Source: Bugula neritina
Taxonomy: Eukaryota > Animalia > Bryozoa
Assembly (NCBI GenBank): GCA_964035545.1
Contig: OZ037765.1
Location: 6,582,698 to 6,646,697, forward strand
Direction of reading: 5' to 3'
Length of the DNA stretch: 64,000 bases
The notes beneath the pieces are model-generated. The model was not told the origin of the DNA. It was given only the letters and a program-made list of their open reading frames with translations, and did no database searches. Shown in pieces: positions 63,672 to 64,000 of the stretch (position 1 is its first letter; every line of letters starts with the position of its first letter). The position numbers were made by a program, and so were the translations under genes.

Positions 63672-64000
63672 TGGTCATTTACTATAATACACCAACATTT
63701 TGCAACAGTAGTAGTACTTTGTCGTTGGTGATAAGGAAGTTCGTTGAAGTTCTCGGCTTTTACTCAGTACCAGGTTGACAGCAAAACGGACAAGTTTTAA
63801 GGCTTTTCCTAAGTTATAAAATACAACTTCAACCATTGATCAACTTCTGTATCAAATATTGTCTCATCATTGTTAATATCCACCAAGGATGTTATCTTGC
63901 CAGCTTTTCATTAAGTCGATTTGAAATCAAAACTGCAGTTGCTAGTATTCCTTCAAAATGTCTCCATTTTAGTGGAATTGTTTGCTCTTTGAAAAGTTAT

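Noticed and set aside
63700-64000. Possible minus-strand coding or TE fragment at the window end
   Set aside because: Interrupted by stops and truncated by the window; unidentifiable.

Overview
AT-rich, CpG-depleted, intron-rich animal (invertebrate-like) genomic DNA. It contains seven spliced protein-coding genes: a partial multi-pass membrane protein gene (possibly ICE2-like, -), PGAP4/TMEM246 (+), ZNHIT2 (-), GXYLT (-), COPS3 (+), RBM22 (-) and the 5' part of MAGI (+), mostly arranged as head-to-head and tail-to-tail pairs. It also has a tRNA-Pro(AGG) gene. Mobile DNA: an intact, very recent Ty3/gypsy (Mag-like) LTR retrotransposon inserted inside a tRNA-derived SINE; two related fold-back elements with ~1.08-kb arms, one carrying a decayed THAP/HTH/DDE ISL2EU-Harbinger-type transposase; a 3.5-kb TGTGACC-ended element; and several MITEs. 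The most unusual signal is a class of 6-bp-periodic, hairpin-rich AT tracts (AGTAAT/ACTTAT/ACTCAT/ACACTT-type words). They lie just downstream of the inferred first splice donor or promoter of every transcription unit here, including one inside a transposon, and are nearly absent from other introns. All exon structures were read by eye.
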